From contig NC_086108.1 in the NCBI RefSeq assembly GCF_963921235.1, positions 85,562,001 to 85,626,000 on the forward strand: 64,000 nucleotides of DNA. The letters are read 5' to 3'. The position numbers and the translations under genes were made by a program. This document shows positions 12,485 through 24,581 of the stretch, piece after piece (the stretch's first letter is position 1; the number at the start of each line of letters is the position of its first letter). Source of the stretch: Mobula hypostoma. Its lineage: Eukaryota. Below the pieces are notes generated by a model. It did not search any database and was not told where the DNA came from. It was given only the letters and a program-made list of their open reading frames with translations.

Positions 12485-15400
12485 AATTGGGATCTCTTGG
12501 GGGAAGTATGACCTGTTCAAAAAGGACAGGTTACACCTGAACCCGAAGGGGACCAATATCCTGGCGGGAAAGTTTAATAGAGCTGTTAGGGAGGGTTTAA
12601 ACTAATTTGGCAGCGGGATGGGAACCGGAATGACAGAGTGGAGGAAGGGGAAAACAGAAATAAATTTAAGATAGTGAGCAGTAAAGATGTCAGGAAAGAC
12701 AGGCAGGTGATGGGGCTAATTTGTAGCCATTGGGATGAGTTGCAGTGCAATAAAGTTGCAGTGAAATCAAAGCGAAAAGTAGCAAATACTGGTCTTAAGG
12801 TGTTATACTTAAATGCATGCAGCATAAGGAATAAGGTGGATGATCTTGTATTACAGCTACAGATTGGCAGGTATGATATTGTGGCCATCACTGAGACGTG
12901 ACTAAAGGATGCATGTCTCTGGGAACTGAACGTCCAAGGATACACGGTGTATCAGAAGGTTAGGAAGGTAGGCAGAGGGGGAGGCGTGGTTTTATTGGTA
13001 AGAAATGATATTAAATCATTAGAAAGAGGGGATATAGGATCAGAAGGTGCAGAATCTTTATGGGCTGAGCTAAGAAATCTCAGGGGTAAAAGGACCCTGA
13101 TGGCAGTTATTTATAGGCCTCCAAACAGCTGCAGTGATGTGGACTACAAATTACAACAGGAAATAGAAAAGACTTGTCAGAAGGGCAGTGTTATGATAAT
13201 TGTGGGGGATTTTAACATGTGAGTGGATTGGGAAAATCAGGTCGGCACTGAATCTCAAGTGAGAGAATATGTAGAATGTTTGCGAGATGGCTTTTTAGAA
13301 CAGCTTGTTGTTGAGCCCACTAGGGGATCAGCTGTACTGGATTGGGTATTGTGTAATGAACCGGAGGTGATTAGAGAGATTGAGGTGAAGGAACCCTTAG
13401 GAGACAGTGATCATAACATGATTGAGTTCACTGTGAAATTTGAAAAAGAGAAGCCGAAATCTGATGTGTCGGTGTTTCAGTGGAGTAAAGGGAATTACAG
13501 TGGCATGAGAGAGGAACTGGCCAAAGTTGACTGGAAAGGGACTCTGGCGGGAAAGATGGCAGAGCAGCAGTGGCTGGAGTTTATGCAAGAAATGAGGAAG
13601 GTGCAAGACAGGTATATTCCAAAAAAGAAGAAATTTTCAAATGGAAAAAGGATGCAACCATGGTTGACAGGAGAAGTCAAAGCCAAAATTAAAGCAAAGG
13701 AGAGGGCATGACTTCAGGATTGAAGGGCGCCCTTTCAGAACAGAAATGCGAAGAAATTTTTTTAGTCAGAGGGTGGTGAATCTATGGAATTTGTTGCCAC
13801 GGGCAGCAGTGGAGGCCAAGTCATTGGGCGTATTTAAGGCAGAGATTGATAGGTATCTGAGTAGCCAGGGCATCAAAGGTTATGGTGAGTAGGCGGGGCA
13901 GTGGGACTAAATAGGATAAAATGGATCAGCTCATGATAAAATGGCGGAACAGACTCGATGGGCCGAATGGCCTACTTCTGCTCCTTTGTCTTATGGTCTT
14001 ATACAAGGAAGCAAAAATTAGTGGGAATACAGAGGATTTGGAAGTTTTTAAAACCTTACAAAAAGAAATTGAGAAGGTCATTAAGGGGAAAAAGATTAAC
14101 TATGAAAGGAAGCTAGCAAATAATATCAAAGAGGATACTAAAAGCTTTTCCAAGTATATGAAGAGTAAAAGACAGGTGAGAGTAGATATAGGACCAATAG
14201 AAAATGATGCTGGAGAAATTGTAATGGGAGATAAGGAGATGGCAGAGAAACTGAACGAGTATTTTGCATCAGTTTTCACTGAGGAAGACATCAGCAGTAT
14301 ACCGGACACTTAAGGGTGGCAGGGAAGAGAAGTGTGCGCAGTCACAATTATGACAGAGAAAGTACTCAGGATGCTGAATAGTCTAAAGGTAGATAAATCT
14401 CCTGGACCAGATGGAATGCACCGCGTGTTCTGAAGGAAGTAGCTGAGGAGATTGCGGAGGCATTAGCGATGATCTTTCAAAAGTCGATAGATTCTGGCAT
14501 GGTTCCACAGGACTGGAAGATTGCAAATGTCACTCCGCTATTTAAGAAGGGGGCAAGGAAGCAAAAAGGAAATTATAGAACTGTTAGCTTGACATCGGTG
14601 GTTGGGAAGTTGTTGGAGTCGATTGTCAAAGATGAGGTTACAGAGTACCTGGAGGCATATGACAAGATAGGCAGAACTCAGCATGGATTCCTTAAAGGAA
14701 AATCCTGCCTGACAAACAATTTTTTGAAGAAATTACCAGTAGGCTAGACAAGGGAGTTGCAGTGGATGTTGTATATTTGGATTTTCAGAAGGCCTTTGAC
14801 AAGGTGCCACACATGAGGCTGCTTAACAAGATAAGAGCCCATGGAATTACAGGAAAGTTACATACGTGGATAGAGCGTTGGCTGATTGGCAGGAAACAGA
14901 GAGTGGAAATAAAGGGATCCTATTCTGGTTGGCTGCCGGTTACCAGTGGTGTTCCACAGGGGTCCGTGTTGGGGCCGCTTCCCTTTACATTGTACATCAA
15001 CGATTTGGATTATGGAATAAATGGCTTTGTTAAGTTTGCTGACAATACGAAGATAGGTGGAGGGGCCGGTAGTGCTGAGGAAATGCAGAGTCTGCAGAGA
15101 GACTTGGATGGATTGGAAGAATGGGCAAAGAAGTGGCAAATGAAATACAATGTTGGAAAGTGTATGGTTATGCACTTTGGCAGAAGAAATAAACGGGCAG
15201 ACTATTATTTAAATGGGGAAAGAATTCAAAGTTCTGAGATGCAATGGGACTTGGGAGTCCTCGTACAGGATACCCTTAAGGTTAACCTCCAGGTTGAGTC
15301 GGTGGTGAAGAAGGCAAATGCAATGTTGGTATTCATTTCTAGAGGAATAGAGTATAGGAGCAGGGTTGTGATGTTGAGGCTCTATAAGGCGCTGGTGAGA

Positions 15401-15961
15401 CCTCACCTGGAGTACTGTGGGCAGTTTTGGTCTCCTTATTTAAGAAAGGATGTGCTGACATTGGAGAGGGTACGGAGAAGATTCACTAGAATGATTCCAG
15501 GAATGAGAGGGTTAACATATGAGGAACGTTTGTCCGCTCTTGGACTGTGTTCCATGGAGTTTAGAAGAATGAGGGGAGACCTCATAGAAACATTTCGAAT
15601 GTTGAAAGGCATGGACAGAGTGGATGTGGCAAAGTTGTTTTCCATGATGGGGGAGTCTAGTACGAGAGGGCATGACTTAAGGATTGAAGGGCGCCCATTC
15701 AGAACAGAAATGCAAAGAAATTTTTTTAGTCAGAGGGTGGTGAATCTATGGAATTTATTGCCTCCGGCAGCAGTGGAGGCCAAGTCATTGGGTGTATTTA
15801 AGGGAGAGATTGATAGGTATCTGAGTAGCCAGGGCATCAAAGGTTATGGTGAGAAGGCGGGGGAGTGGGACTAAATGGGAGAATGGATCAGCTCATGATA
15901 AAATGGCAGAGCAGACTCGATGGGCCGAATGGCCGACTTCTGCTCCTTTGTCTTATGGTCT
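12485..15961 (+). mobile_element. CR1 LINE: ORF1 end plus nearly complete ORF2 (APE endonuclease + RT) with stops and frameshifts
   Basis: LYLNACSIRNK, AITET, IYRPPN, GDFN, SDHN (APE); NYRTVSLTS, YLDFQKAFDKVPH, GVPQGSVLGP, KFADNTK (RT); 3' UTR ending CTTTGTCTTATGGTC. Confidence 0.97.
13710..14002 (+). mobile_element. 293-bp CR1 3' fragment nested in ORF2 of a closely related CR1
   Basis: Highly similar to 15674-15961; removing it restores the frame AKERA-YKEAKISG. Confidence 0.93.
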
Positions 15962-16254
15962 AAATAATGCATTGTTTTACACTGCACCTCCCAAGAAGCA
16001 ATAAGCCTAGTGCTGTGACCAACTTCCTACTTTCTCCAGGCAATGCTTCTGCTATATATAGAGCTTGTCTGCAAAACTGTTTTCAAACTTCAAACCAATT
16101 ATAGCTTGCTATTTACATTTTAAGAACTGAAAACCAGCTCCCATTTGCAACTAGAAGCTAACCAAAGAATATAGTTGAAAGTTTACCTTGCACTGTGTTT
16201 AGAAATCTGAGCTTGGCAAAAACATGAGGCCCTGCGGCCCAGGAAGTGAAAGTC

Positions 16255-16535
16255 CATCACACTGCTACACAGCTTCAAGGACTTGTGTTTGGTCCTGACC
16301 TTAGGCATTGTCTGAGTGTTCTCCCTCTGATGTGGGTTTCCCCTGGGTGCGTTGGTTTCCTTCTAAGTATGTGCTGGAGGATAATTGTCAGCTCTAAGAT
16401 GCCCCCAGTGCGCAGGTGACTGTCCGGAGAATTGCAGGAATTGATGGGGGGGGGGGTGGGCGGGAGGGGTAATGGAACTAATGGGTGTTCAGAAAGTTAG
16501 CAAAGACTGAATGAGTGAATGGTATTTTCTGATTC
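16255..16535 (+). mobile_element. Degenerate V-SINE/HE1-like SINE
   Basis: GTGGGTTTCCCCTGGGTGCGTTGGTTTCCT central V-domain-like motif. Confidence 0.65.
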
Positions 16536-16559
16536 AATTTCGGGTAAGTTTATTGTCAT

Positions 16560-17632
16560 TAACACAAGAGAATATACAGTTGATGGAAATCCAGAGCAAC
16601 ACATGCAAAATATTGGAGGAATTCAGCAGGTCAGGCAGCACCCAATGAAATATATAAACAGTTGACTTTTCAGTATGATACCCTTCATCACATCTGGAAA
16701 GGAAGGGGGAAGAAGCCAGAATAAAAAGGTAGGAGGAAGAGGAGGAGTACAGGCTGGAAGGTGATTGGTGAAGCTGGGTGGGTGGGGGATTGGGGGACTG
16801 AAGTAAGAATATGGGAGGAGATAGGTGGAAGATGTGAAGTGCTGGAAAAGTAGGAATCTGATGGGAGAGGAGAGTGGACAATGGGACAAAAGGAAGGAGG
16901 ATGGGCACCAGATGGAGGTGATAGGCAGGTGGGGAGAAGAAAGGAGGTAAGAGGGACACCAGCAGGGAAATTGAAGGCGGAGGTGAAAATGACCGGAAGC
17001 TGGAGAAATTGATGTTCATGGCATGGGGTTGAAGGCTACCAAGATGGAATATGAGACATGTTCCTGCAACGAAAGAGTGACATCATGGTGGCAGTAGAGG
17101 AGGCCATGGACCGATATATTAGGACAGGAATGGGGATGGAAATTAAAATTCTGCAGATGGAATGAAGGAGCTTGACAAGGCAGTTCCCCCAATCTACATC
17201 AGGTCCCACTAGTGTAGAGGAGGCTGCGTCAGAAGAACAGGATACAGTAGATGGCCCCAACAGATTTGCAGGTGAAATGTTGCCTCACATTAACGGACTG
17301 ATTGGAGCTATGAATGGAGGTGAGGGAGGAGATGAATAGGCAGGTGTAGCATTTCTTCCGCTGCAGAGGTAAGTGCCATGAAGGAGATTAGTGGCAAGGG
17401 ATGAATGGACAAGGGAATCATGGAGGGAGTGATCACTGTGGAAGTTGGAGAGTTGGGGAGGGGAGGTAAAGATGTATTTGGTGGTAGGGGCCCATTGAAG
17501 ATGGCAGAAGCTGTGGAGAATGAATTGTTGGATCCAGAGGCTCATTGGGTGGTAAGTAAGGACAAGAGGAACTCTATCGCTGTTAGGGCAGTGGAAAGAT
17601 GGAGTGAGGTTGGATGTGTGGGAAATGGAGGA
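16560..17632 (-). mobile_element. Penelope-like element, degenerate GIY-YIG region plus terminal module
   Basis: DRVPLVLTYHP peptide in ORF 17285-17644; same layout as 4331-5449; decayed hammerhead at 16659-16696. Confidence 0.9.
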
Positions 17633-17635
17633 ACG

Positions 17636-17767
17636 TAAACACAAAATACTCTGCAGATGCTGGGGTCAAAGCAACATGCGCAACACGCTGGAGGAACTCA
17701 ACAGGTCGGGCAGCATCTGTGGAAATGAACAGTCAACATTTCGGGCCGAGACCCTTCGTCAGGACCA
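17636..17767 (-). mobile_element. Short PLE terminal-module copy ending at the hammerhead 5' edge
   Basis: CTGCAGATGCTGG...GCTGGAGGAACTCAACAGGTCGGGCAGCATCTGTGG module. Confidence 0.85.
17730..17767 (-). ncRNA. Minimal type-I hammerhead ribozyme motif, best-preserved copy in the window
   Basis: Minus strand UGGUC CUGACGA A GGGUC UC GGCCC GAAA UG UU GACUG: core CUGANGA, GAAA and UH all present. Confidence 0.8.
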
Positions 17768-17789
17768 TGAAGGCGATGTGAAAAAGGTG

Positions 17790-18168
17790 ACTTGTCCAGT
17801 TGTCATCAACTGATGATGACTCTAAGTCCAAGTCCGTGGATCCACTGGGGAAATTGAAGCCCAATGTCTACGAACCAGGGAGCCCACTGGAATTTGAAGG
17901 CAGGAGACTTGCTGTTGTGGCGTTTGATTTCTGTAATGTGCATGGGTAGTGGGGTGGAAGGCAGGAACAGGGCTGGAGTTGCTGTTGTTGTTTTGTTCTT
18001 TGTTGTGTTCTGTGTTGCTCTGCTGAGTATTTTGGGCAAGCTCTACTGATGTCAAACTGCGTGGGCTGTCGCCAACACATCCTCGGGTATGTTGATTGTA
18101 AATACAAACGACACATTTCACTGTATGTTTGAATGTACCTGTTATAAATATAAATGACTCTGAATCTA
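17790..18168 (+). mobile_element. Non-autonomous retroposon with tail shared by 36900-37022 and 39799-39950
   Basis: CAAACGACACATTTCACTGTATGTTT...GTAC tail and TGAATC-type terminus. Confidence 0.6.
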
Positions 18169-18262
18169 ACAGCTGTGGGGAATAAACTGATGTTGAGTCT
18201 GATTATCCAGGCTTTCAAACTTCTGTATCTCCATCCAGAAGACAAAAGGGAATGGTCAGTGT
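18168..18262 (-). mobile_element. Rex1-like ORF C-terminal fragment
   Basis: SSGWRYRSLKAWIIRLNISLFPTAVR resembles the Rex1 C-terminal PSGRRYRS...NSFFP.AVR motif. Confidence 0.65.
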
Positions 18263-18324
18263 GTCAGTATTTACCTTCCTCAATCAACACACAATGAAAA
18301 TGGACTGGATGGAAGGAAGTTTGA

Positions 18325-18403
18325 TAGGAGTAGGCAGTTTAAGTGGTTTTGGCATGGACTAGAAGGTCCTGTTTCTGTGCTGTACTTCTCTGTGACTATG
18401 ACT
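18325..18403 (+). mobile_element. CR1 extreme 3' tail
   Basis: Matches 775-855: GGCAGTTTAAGTGGTTTTGGCATGGACTAG...CTGTTTCTGTGCTGTACTTCTCTGTGACTATGACT. Confidence 0.75.
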
Positions 18404-20243
18404 CAGAGCAGCGGAGACAATTTAGTGGTGAGAATTACTTTAATAATAAATTGCAAAATAACAAGCCACGTGAGTCCGCAAAACAAGAGAGAATAGATAC
18501 TTAACATAAAGTAACCAGGTAACTGAAGGCTAGGAGAAACTGGTTTGAGGTTGGCTGGCTCCAGGGCTGGACTTTAGGCCGGGCTAGGCTGGGCTGCAGC
18601 CCAGGGGCCAGAGCTGCAGAGGGGCCCAAAATAGGTAGCTATCATCACAGCAGGCAAAAAAAATAGAAGAGTGGAGCACAGAAAAGAAAAAAGAAACAAG
18701 AAAAAGAGGACCGTGAGAAAGAAGCATTAAAAAAGACATTGAAGTTGACAGAGTTTTTTAAAACTGTTCTCGATGATGCAGCAGTACCATTGCTCTTGTC
18801 ACAGTCTGAGACCGGTGGACAAAGGGAGACTTGTTCAACAGCTAGCGCTAGCACCAGCGTTAGCACAGGACTTCCGTCCTTGCCACAGTCAGCAGCTAAC
18901 GTTGAAGAGGCAGGGAACATGACTTTGGGATTCCCGACCACAGAGGCTTCTGAACAATCAAGTCGGGCTGCCATTAATGTTAACGTTACCGTTACTGAGG
19001 ATTCTTACAGCACTGATCCTGCTCGCTGGAGAAAGGAAACGTTAAGATGATTCAGTCCGAGCGTACTGGGCAAAGAAAGGGCCGGAGTCCTGCCAGAATA
19101 AGGATGTGGATATCAAAGCTTTGGAACGAGTATACAAACAGCAGAGATGTTTTTTCTCCAAATTTCACTTCAAACACAAGCTCGAAAATGGTGAGTACAT
19201 ATCAAGGCAATGGCTCTTATATTCCCCTTCCACCGGCTGTGTGTTTTGTTTTGCATGCTGCATCTTCAGTGATGGTAACTATCAATCCATCTTCGAAACT
19301 GGCTTTAGCGACTGGAAACATGCCGCTGCATGCATAGGAGAGCATGAAACTGGGTTTTAGTGATCTGATCGAGGACTTTGTTGCAAAGAAATCCAGAAAA
19401 ACTAGGCTTTAATTTTGAAAAACAAGCATCTGACTTTGTAAATATCTAGGCTTATGCGTCAGTGCTGTTCATGTTTTTGTGGCAATAGGCTAATAGTTGA
19501 CTGTTTACAAACCTAGTAAGTAATAAGTGGTCTTTACTCTGCAAGCCACACAGCTCAGCAATAGGTTAATATGTGCTAGATATCACTTTTCAAAAAGATT
19601 GTTGGAGTATTGTCAAGTTTCCTAGTTTGCCATAGTGCCATCTCTCTTGGCCTTTTTGTCTCTCATTTCCATTTTACTTTCTCAGAACACACGGTTGAGA
19701 AAAATACCTAGATAAAAATGCTTTGGCATTGTTTGAGTAATTAGGCCTATGGTATGTGCAGCAATAGCTAAATAAAGTTTTAAGATTGGGTACATCATAC
19801 TTCGTCTCCCTCATAACTTTACTAAGCCAACTAAGCCTAAGTCAATTTTTGAGTGCTTTAGATGCTGTCCTTCAAACTAAAAATCTGCATTACTTTCTGT
19901 CCTCCCTCTTAAGACCTGTAAGTTCATAGCCTATGTATTGTACTAAACCAATGCCTTGGTCCACAGCTTTGATATTGAGACTGGTATGACCTTTGCTCTT
20001 GTTCTGACCTTTTCTTGCTTGGTACAGCAGCATTTTACAGTGTTGGCAGGGGCCCATCAGGGCCTCCAGCCCAGGGACCCCGGCCCCACTAAATCCGACC
20101 CTGGCTGGCTCATATGAGTGAACAAGGATTGTGGATGAAAGATGGGTTTAAATAGGCTGCAGGTGATGAATTGGAAGTGAGTGGCAGATGATTCCTGTTA
20201 GCCAGGTAGAGACTGGGAGAAGCCTGCCTGTACAAGCCTGATA
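18404..20243 (-). repeat. 3' LTR of a Gypsy element, split by a hAT insertion (LTR parts 18404-18561 and 20112-20243)
   Basis: Aligns by eye with 27948-28225; preceded on the minus strand by polypurine tract AGGAGGGAA. Confidence 0.85.
18562..20103 (+). mobile_element. hAT DNA transposon (Tip100/ZMYM-like), internally deleted non-autonomous copy
   Basis: Perfect 8-bp TSD GCTGGCTC (18554-18561, 20104-20111); imperfect TIRs CAGGGCTGGACTTTA / CAGGGTCGGATTTA; TTF zinc finger RQWLLYSPSTGCVFCFACCIF...GFSDWKHA...EHE; C-terminus DLIEDFVAKKSRK. Confidence 0.95.
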
Positions 20244-21270
20244 GGAATTCCCTCCTATAGCCAGTATCCAACGATCTGGATGAGGCCAGTGGAACTCCTC
20301 AATGAGCAATGTATCCAAGATGAAATTGGATGGCACCCAAGACCTCTCCTCTGGGTGGTACCCTTCCCATGGCAATGTGAATCCATTAACTGGTGAAACA
20401 TGTACACTGGACCACATTCCAACATCCTAAGTTCTGAAGGTGCAGGCTCAGGTGGGATGACTGGTCCACGGACAATGGGCTTGAAGCAGGACACATGAAA
20501 GGTAGGTGTGATCCTGAGAGGAGGTGGCAGCTGGAGACAGTAAGTGACTGGGTTGATGTGATGGGTAATCTTGGAGGAACCAATGAAGTAGAACAAGAGC
20601 TTGTGGGAGTTGATATGCAGGGGCATAATTCAGGTGGACACCCAGACATAATGGGTAGAGATGTCTGGCTGGGTACCATGGGCAGTTGGCCTGGCAACAA
20701 TAGGCATGATTAACAGTGAGGGTGGTCCTTTGTGCCCTCTTCCAAGCATTCCGGCAGCAGCAAACCAGGGCTCTGGCAGACAGGAGATCCACTGTTGGCT
20801 TATCTGTAGGGAACGATGGGGATTGGTAGCCAAGAAGCACCTCAAAGGATGGCAGACTGTAGCAGAGGAGGTGTGAGGTGGTGGGACAGTTTGGCCGGGA
20901 GCAGATAGTTCTGTATGGAAGGCTTAGAGGCAGCGAAGCATCGCAGAAACTTTTCCACTTGCTGATTGGCTCTTTCTCACTGTCCATTGGCCTGCGAATG
21001 ACAGCCAGAGGACAAGTGCACTGAGGTGTGAAGGAGGGAGCAGATGGCTTGCCAGGCACAGGAGAAAATTTGTGAGCCTGGTTCCACACAATCCCTGAGG
21101 GAAGCTGTGGAGGTGAACTGACATGCTGAAGAACCAGATCCACCATCTCAGCAGTTGGCGGAAGTGTGGGGAGGGCAAGAAAGTGGGCCACCCTTGGAGA
21201 ACAGGTCTTTTACTGTCATGATCACTGTGGCCCCATTGGGAAGATGCAGACCCAGGATGAAATCCATGGT

Positions 21271-21442
21271 AACACGCACACAGAATGCTGGAGGAACTCA
21301 GCAGCCAAGTAGCACCTATGGAAAAGGGTACAGTTGACATTTCGGGCCAAGATCCTTCAGCAGGACTGGAGAAAAAAGAGATAAGAAGGCAGAGTAAGAA
21401 AGTTGGGGGGAGAGGAGAGAGAAACACAAGGTGATTGGTGAA
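21271..21442 (-). mobile_element. PLE terminal fragment with hammerhead motif at 21331-21368 (core CUGCUGA)
   Basis: Minus strand CAGUC CUGCUGA A GGAUC UU GGCCC GAAA UG UC AACUG. Confidence 0.85.
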
Positions 21443-22235
21443 ATCAGGAGCGGAAGTAGGCCATTCGACCCATCAAGTCTGCTCCGCCATTTAATCATGG
21501 GCTGACCCAATTCATCGGGTCATCCCCACTCCCCAGCTTTCTCTCCATACCCCTTGATGCCCTGGCTAATCAAGAACCTATGCCTTAAATACACCCAATG
21601 ACCTGGTCTCCACAGCTGCTCGTGGTAACAAATTCCACAGATCTACCACCCTCTGACTAAAGTAATTTCTCCGCATCTCAGTTCTAAATGGACGTCCTTC
21701 AATCCTGAAGTCGTGCCCTCTTGTCCTAGAATCCCCTACCATGGGAAATAACTTTGCCATATCTAATCTGTTCAGGCCTTTTACCATTCTGAATGTTTCA
21801 ATGAGGTCCCCCCTCGTTCTCCTGAACTCCAAGGAATACAGCCCAAGAGCTGCCAGACATTCCTCATACGGTAACCCTTTCATTCCTGGAATCATTCTCA
21901 TGAATCTTCTCTGAACCTTCTCCAATGTCAGTATATTCTTTCTAAAATAAGGAGCCCAAAACTGTACACAATACTCCAAGCGTGGTCTCCCAAGTGCTTT
22001 GTAGAGCCTCAACATCACATCCCTGCTCTTATATTCTATACCTCTAAAAATGAATGCCAACATTGCATTCATCTTCTTCACAACGGACTCAACCTGGAGG
22101 TTAACCTTTGGGGTATCCTGCACAAAGACTTCCAAGTCCCTTTGCATCTCTGCATTTAGAATTCTCTCCTCATCTAAATAATAGTCTGCCCATTTATTCA
22201 TCCACCAAAGTGCATGACCATACACTTTCCAACTT
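21443..22235 (-). mobile_element. CR1 3' fragment
   Basis: ORF 21578-22324 LYKALGRPRLEYCVQFWAP...LEKVQRRF...RGDLIETF. Confidence 0.95.
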
Positions 22236-24581
22236 TTTTTGTAGGGCCTGGCAGATCTGGTTCTCAAGATCCCAGATGATTGGGGTAAGGATCTGCAAAG
22301 AAGGAATGATAGGCTGAGGGTCAATCTCCATTTCGGATGGGTTGCATTGTCTTAAGCTAGGTTGGTAGCAGATGGTGGGATTGTATTGTTTGAAGCAGAG
22401 GGCCTGTGAGCCTGACGTGGGTCGTGTTGGCGGGTCTTCTGAATGGATATGTTCTGGTGGTCAGTCCAGATCAGGAAGGGCTCAGTTCTCCCCATCTGTC
22501 AATGCCTCCTTTCATCCAATGCTCACTTAGTAGTGAGTAGCTCCCTGTTTCCTACTCTACAATGACACTGTGCAGAGTTGAACTTGTGCCTGAGCCTTCT
22601 GCTTTCACATATCTTCCCATCTGGTCCTCACTGGGAGAGAATGGCTCTGGTGCCCATGTCAGCTTTGTCCACAAAAGGTCCAGAGGTGTTTCAGATGGCA
22701 GAGAATGAAAGAAGAGGTGAAGCATCTTGAGCTCTTCAAAAGTATGAACCACGGCAGTAAATCATACCTTCAGTGTGGTAAGCAATTTGGTGAGGGAGGT
22801 GAAAGGAGTGGCGATTTGGCTGCACTGTATTTCCTGATGAAATGGTGATAGAACTTGGTGAAGCCCTAGAAGTACTGTAGCTGTTTAAGGGAGGACAGTT
22901 GGGACTATTCAATGACGGCAGTCATGTCCTCTGGATCCATGGCTATGCCTTGGGGTGAAAGGACGTCACCCTGGAAAGAAACGACTGGGGTGTTGGAACT
23001 GGCATTTTTCTAACTTGCAGTGAGGTTGGTTTTCATCGAGACACTGAAGGACTGAACAGACGTGACAGACGTGGTCTTGGGGGTCCTTGGAGAAGATGAG
23101 GATATCATCGAAGTAGATGAACACATGTGTAACCATGTCTTGGAAGATCTTGTGCATGAAGTCTTGGAAAATGGCTGGACTGCTGGAAAGTCAAAAGACA
23201 TCACCAAATACTTGTAGTAGCCAGTGGTGTTATGAACATTGTCTTCCACTTATCCCCCTGGCAGACATGGATCAGGTTGTATGCACTCTGTAGGGACAGC
23301 ATGGTGAAGATCTCGGCCTCGTGGACTGTTTTGAATGTGCTATCCATTAAGGGCAGAGAGTAATGGATCTTAATGGCAATTTTGTTGAGTGCCTGGTGTC
23401 AATGCAGGGATGGAGACCCCCAAAGAAGAATCCTGTATCAGCGGGTGACTGGGAGGGTCAAATGCAGCTGTTGCATTGGCACTTTGGTGATGTAGTCACT
23501 CATGGCTCGAGGCTTAGTGGAGGAAAGGGAAAACAGACGACCTCAGGGAGGGCGGGTACTGGGGGGAGGTTGATCGCACAGCTATATGTGCTGTGAGGTG
23601 GTAGGGTGCTGGCTTTCCTTTTACTGAAGGCGATGGCTGTCATAATATTCATGAGGGAATTTGGTGAGCTCGAGGGTGACTCACCTGAGATTGCAGGCAG
23701 GTGCGTCTCTAACTCAGCAGTGTTCTGGATGACCAGGTGAAGTCAGGACTGAGAGAAAAGATCCAGAGCTAACCCAAAATGAGAGCAATGAGTCGATAAG
23801 GAAGAATTAGATGGACTTGTGATGCTCTCTGCTGCTGTGTGTGCTCTGACAATCCCAGACCCCAAGGGATGTCTGTCAATGGCTGTGATGCAGAAAGGGT
23901 GAGAGTTGGCAGGCTTGTTAGGGAGTCCAAGCTGCACACACCGAATACGGCCCAGAAAGTTGCCTGCTGAGCTGGAATGCACCAGGGCCTCATATACGCA
24001 TAGAATCGCCACGAAGTAGAGGAGGAAAAGAGAGAGAGCGAGTCATGTTATGATGCTGGAACGAGGGGCTGAGGGGATCTCACCATATACCTTGTTTCTA
24101 CCTAGTCATGCAATCCTCCCGGAATCGGAGGCCATTTGATGTGCGGCTGATCGGCTGCTCTGTAGTAAGTGCCCAAATTGTTTCTCCACCGATGCTCAAG
24201 CTCTTTGGGGGGTGAGGGGTTACAGGAGCTCTCCCTAACTGCATGGACTCTGCAGGTGTTGCTGATGAAGGTCCTGCAGCCTGGAATTGTTCTGGGAATG
24301 GAACTGGGGTTCTGGCTGGTGGTATGGAGGGTCATTTCACAAGATACCTGGCAACATGGAAGGCAAGTGTGATGAGGTTTTTGAGGACAATGGGCATCTC
24401 GTAGGTAAACAGCTCATCTTTCAAGCACTTCAAGAGGTGTATTAGTAATGGGCCATCTGTGCCTCAGTATTCCAGATGCACACCGCCATGAGGTTCTTGA
24501 ATTCCCCGGAGTAATTTAGCACTGAGTATTAGCCTTGTTGCAGGCCTAGTCAGAGATCACCCAGTCAACGGAGAGATGACA

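Larger units (their letters stand above)
20244..24575 (-). mobile_element. Gypsy/Ty3 chromovirus (Sushi-like) internal region, degenerate gag-pol, interrupted at 21271-22240
   Basis: Protease-like ALVHSSSAGNF, RT FIYFDDILIFS...HCKLEKCQF, integrase remnants, chromodomain [19 protein letters not shown]. Confidence 0.92.

Noticed and set aside
14762..15874. 370-aa ORF as a functional gene
   Set aside because: It is the RT/C-terminal part of CR1 ORF2; the upstream part has stops, frameshifts and an insertion, and the catalytic motif reads FADN.
16560..17767. One PLE with tandem pseudo-LTRs
   Set aside because: The two terminal modules differ too much in sequence and decay level; more likely independent insertions.
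20244..24575. Domesticated Sushi-derived gene (PEG10/RTL1-like)
   Set aside because: Many frameshifts, nested insertions and a retained LTR indicate a dead retrotransposon.
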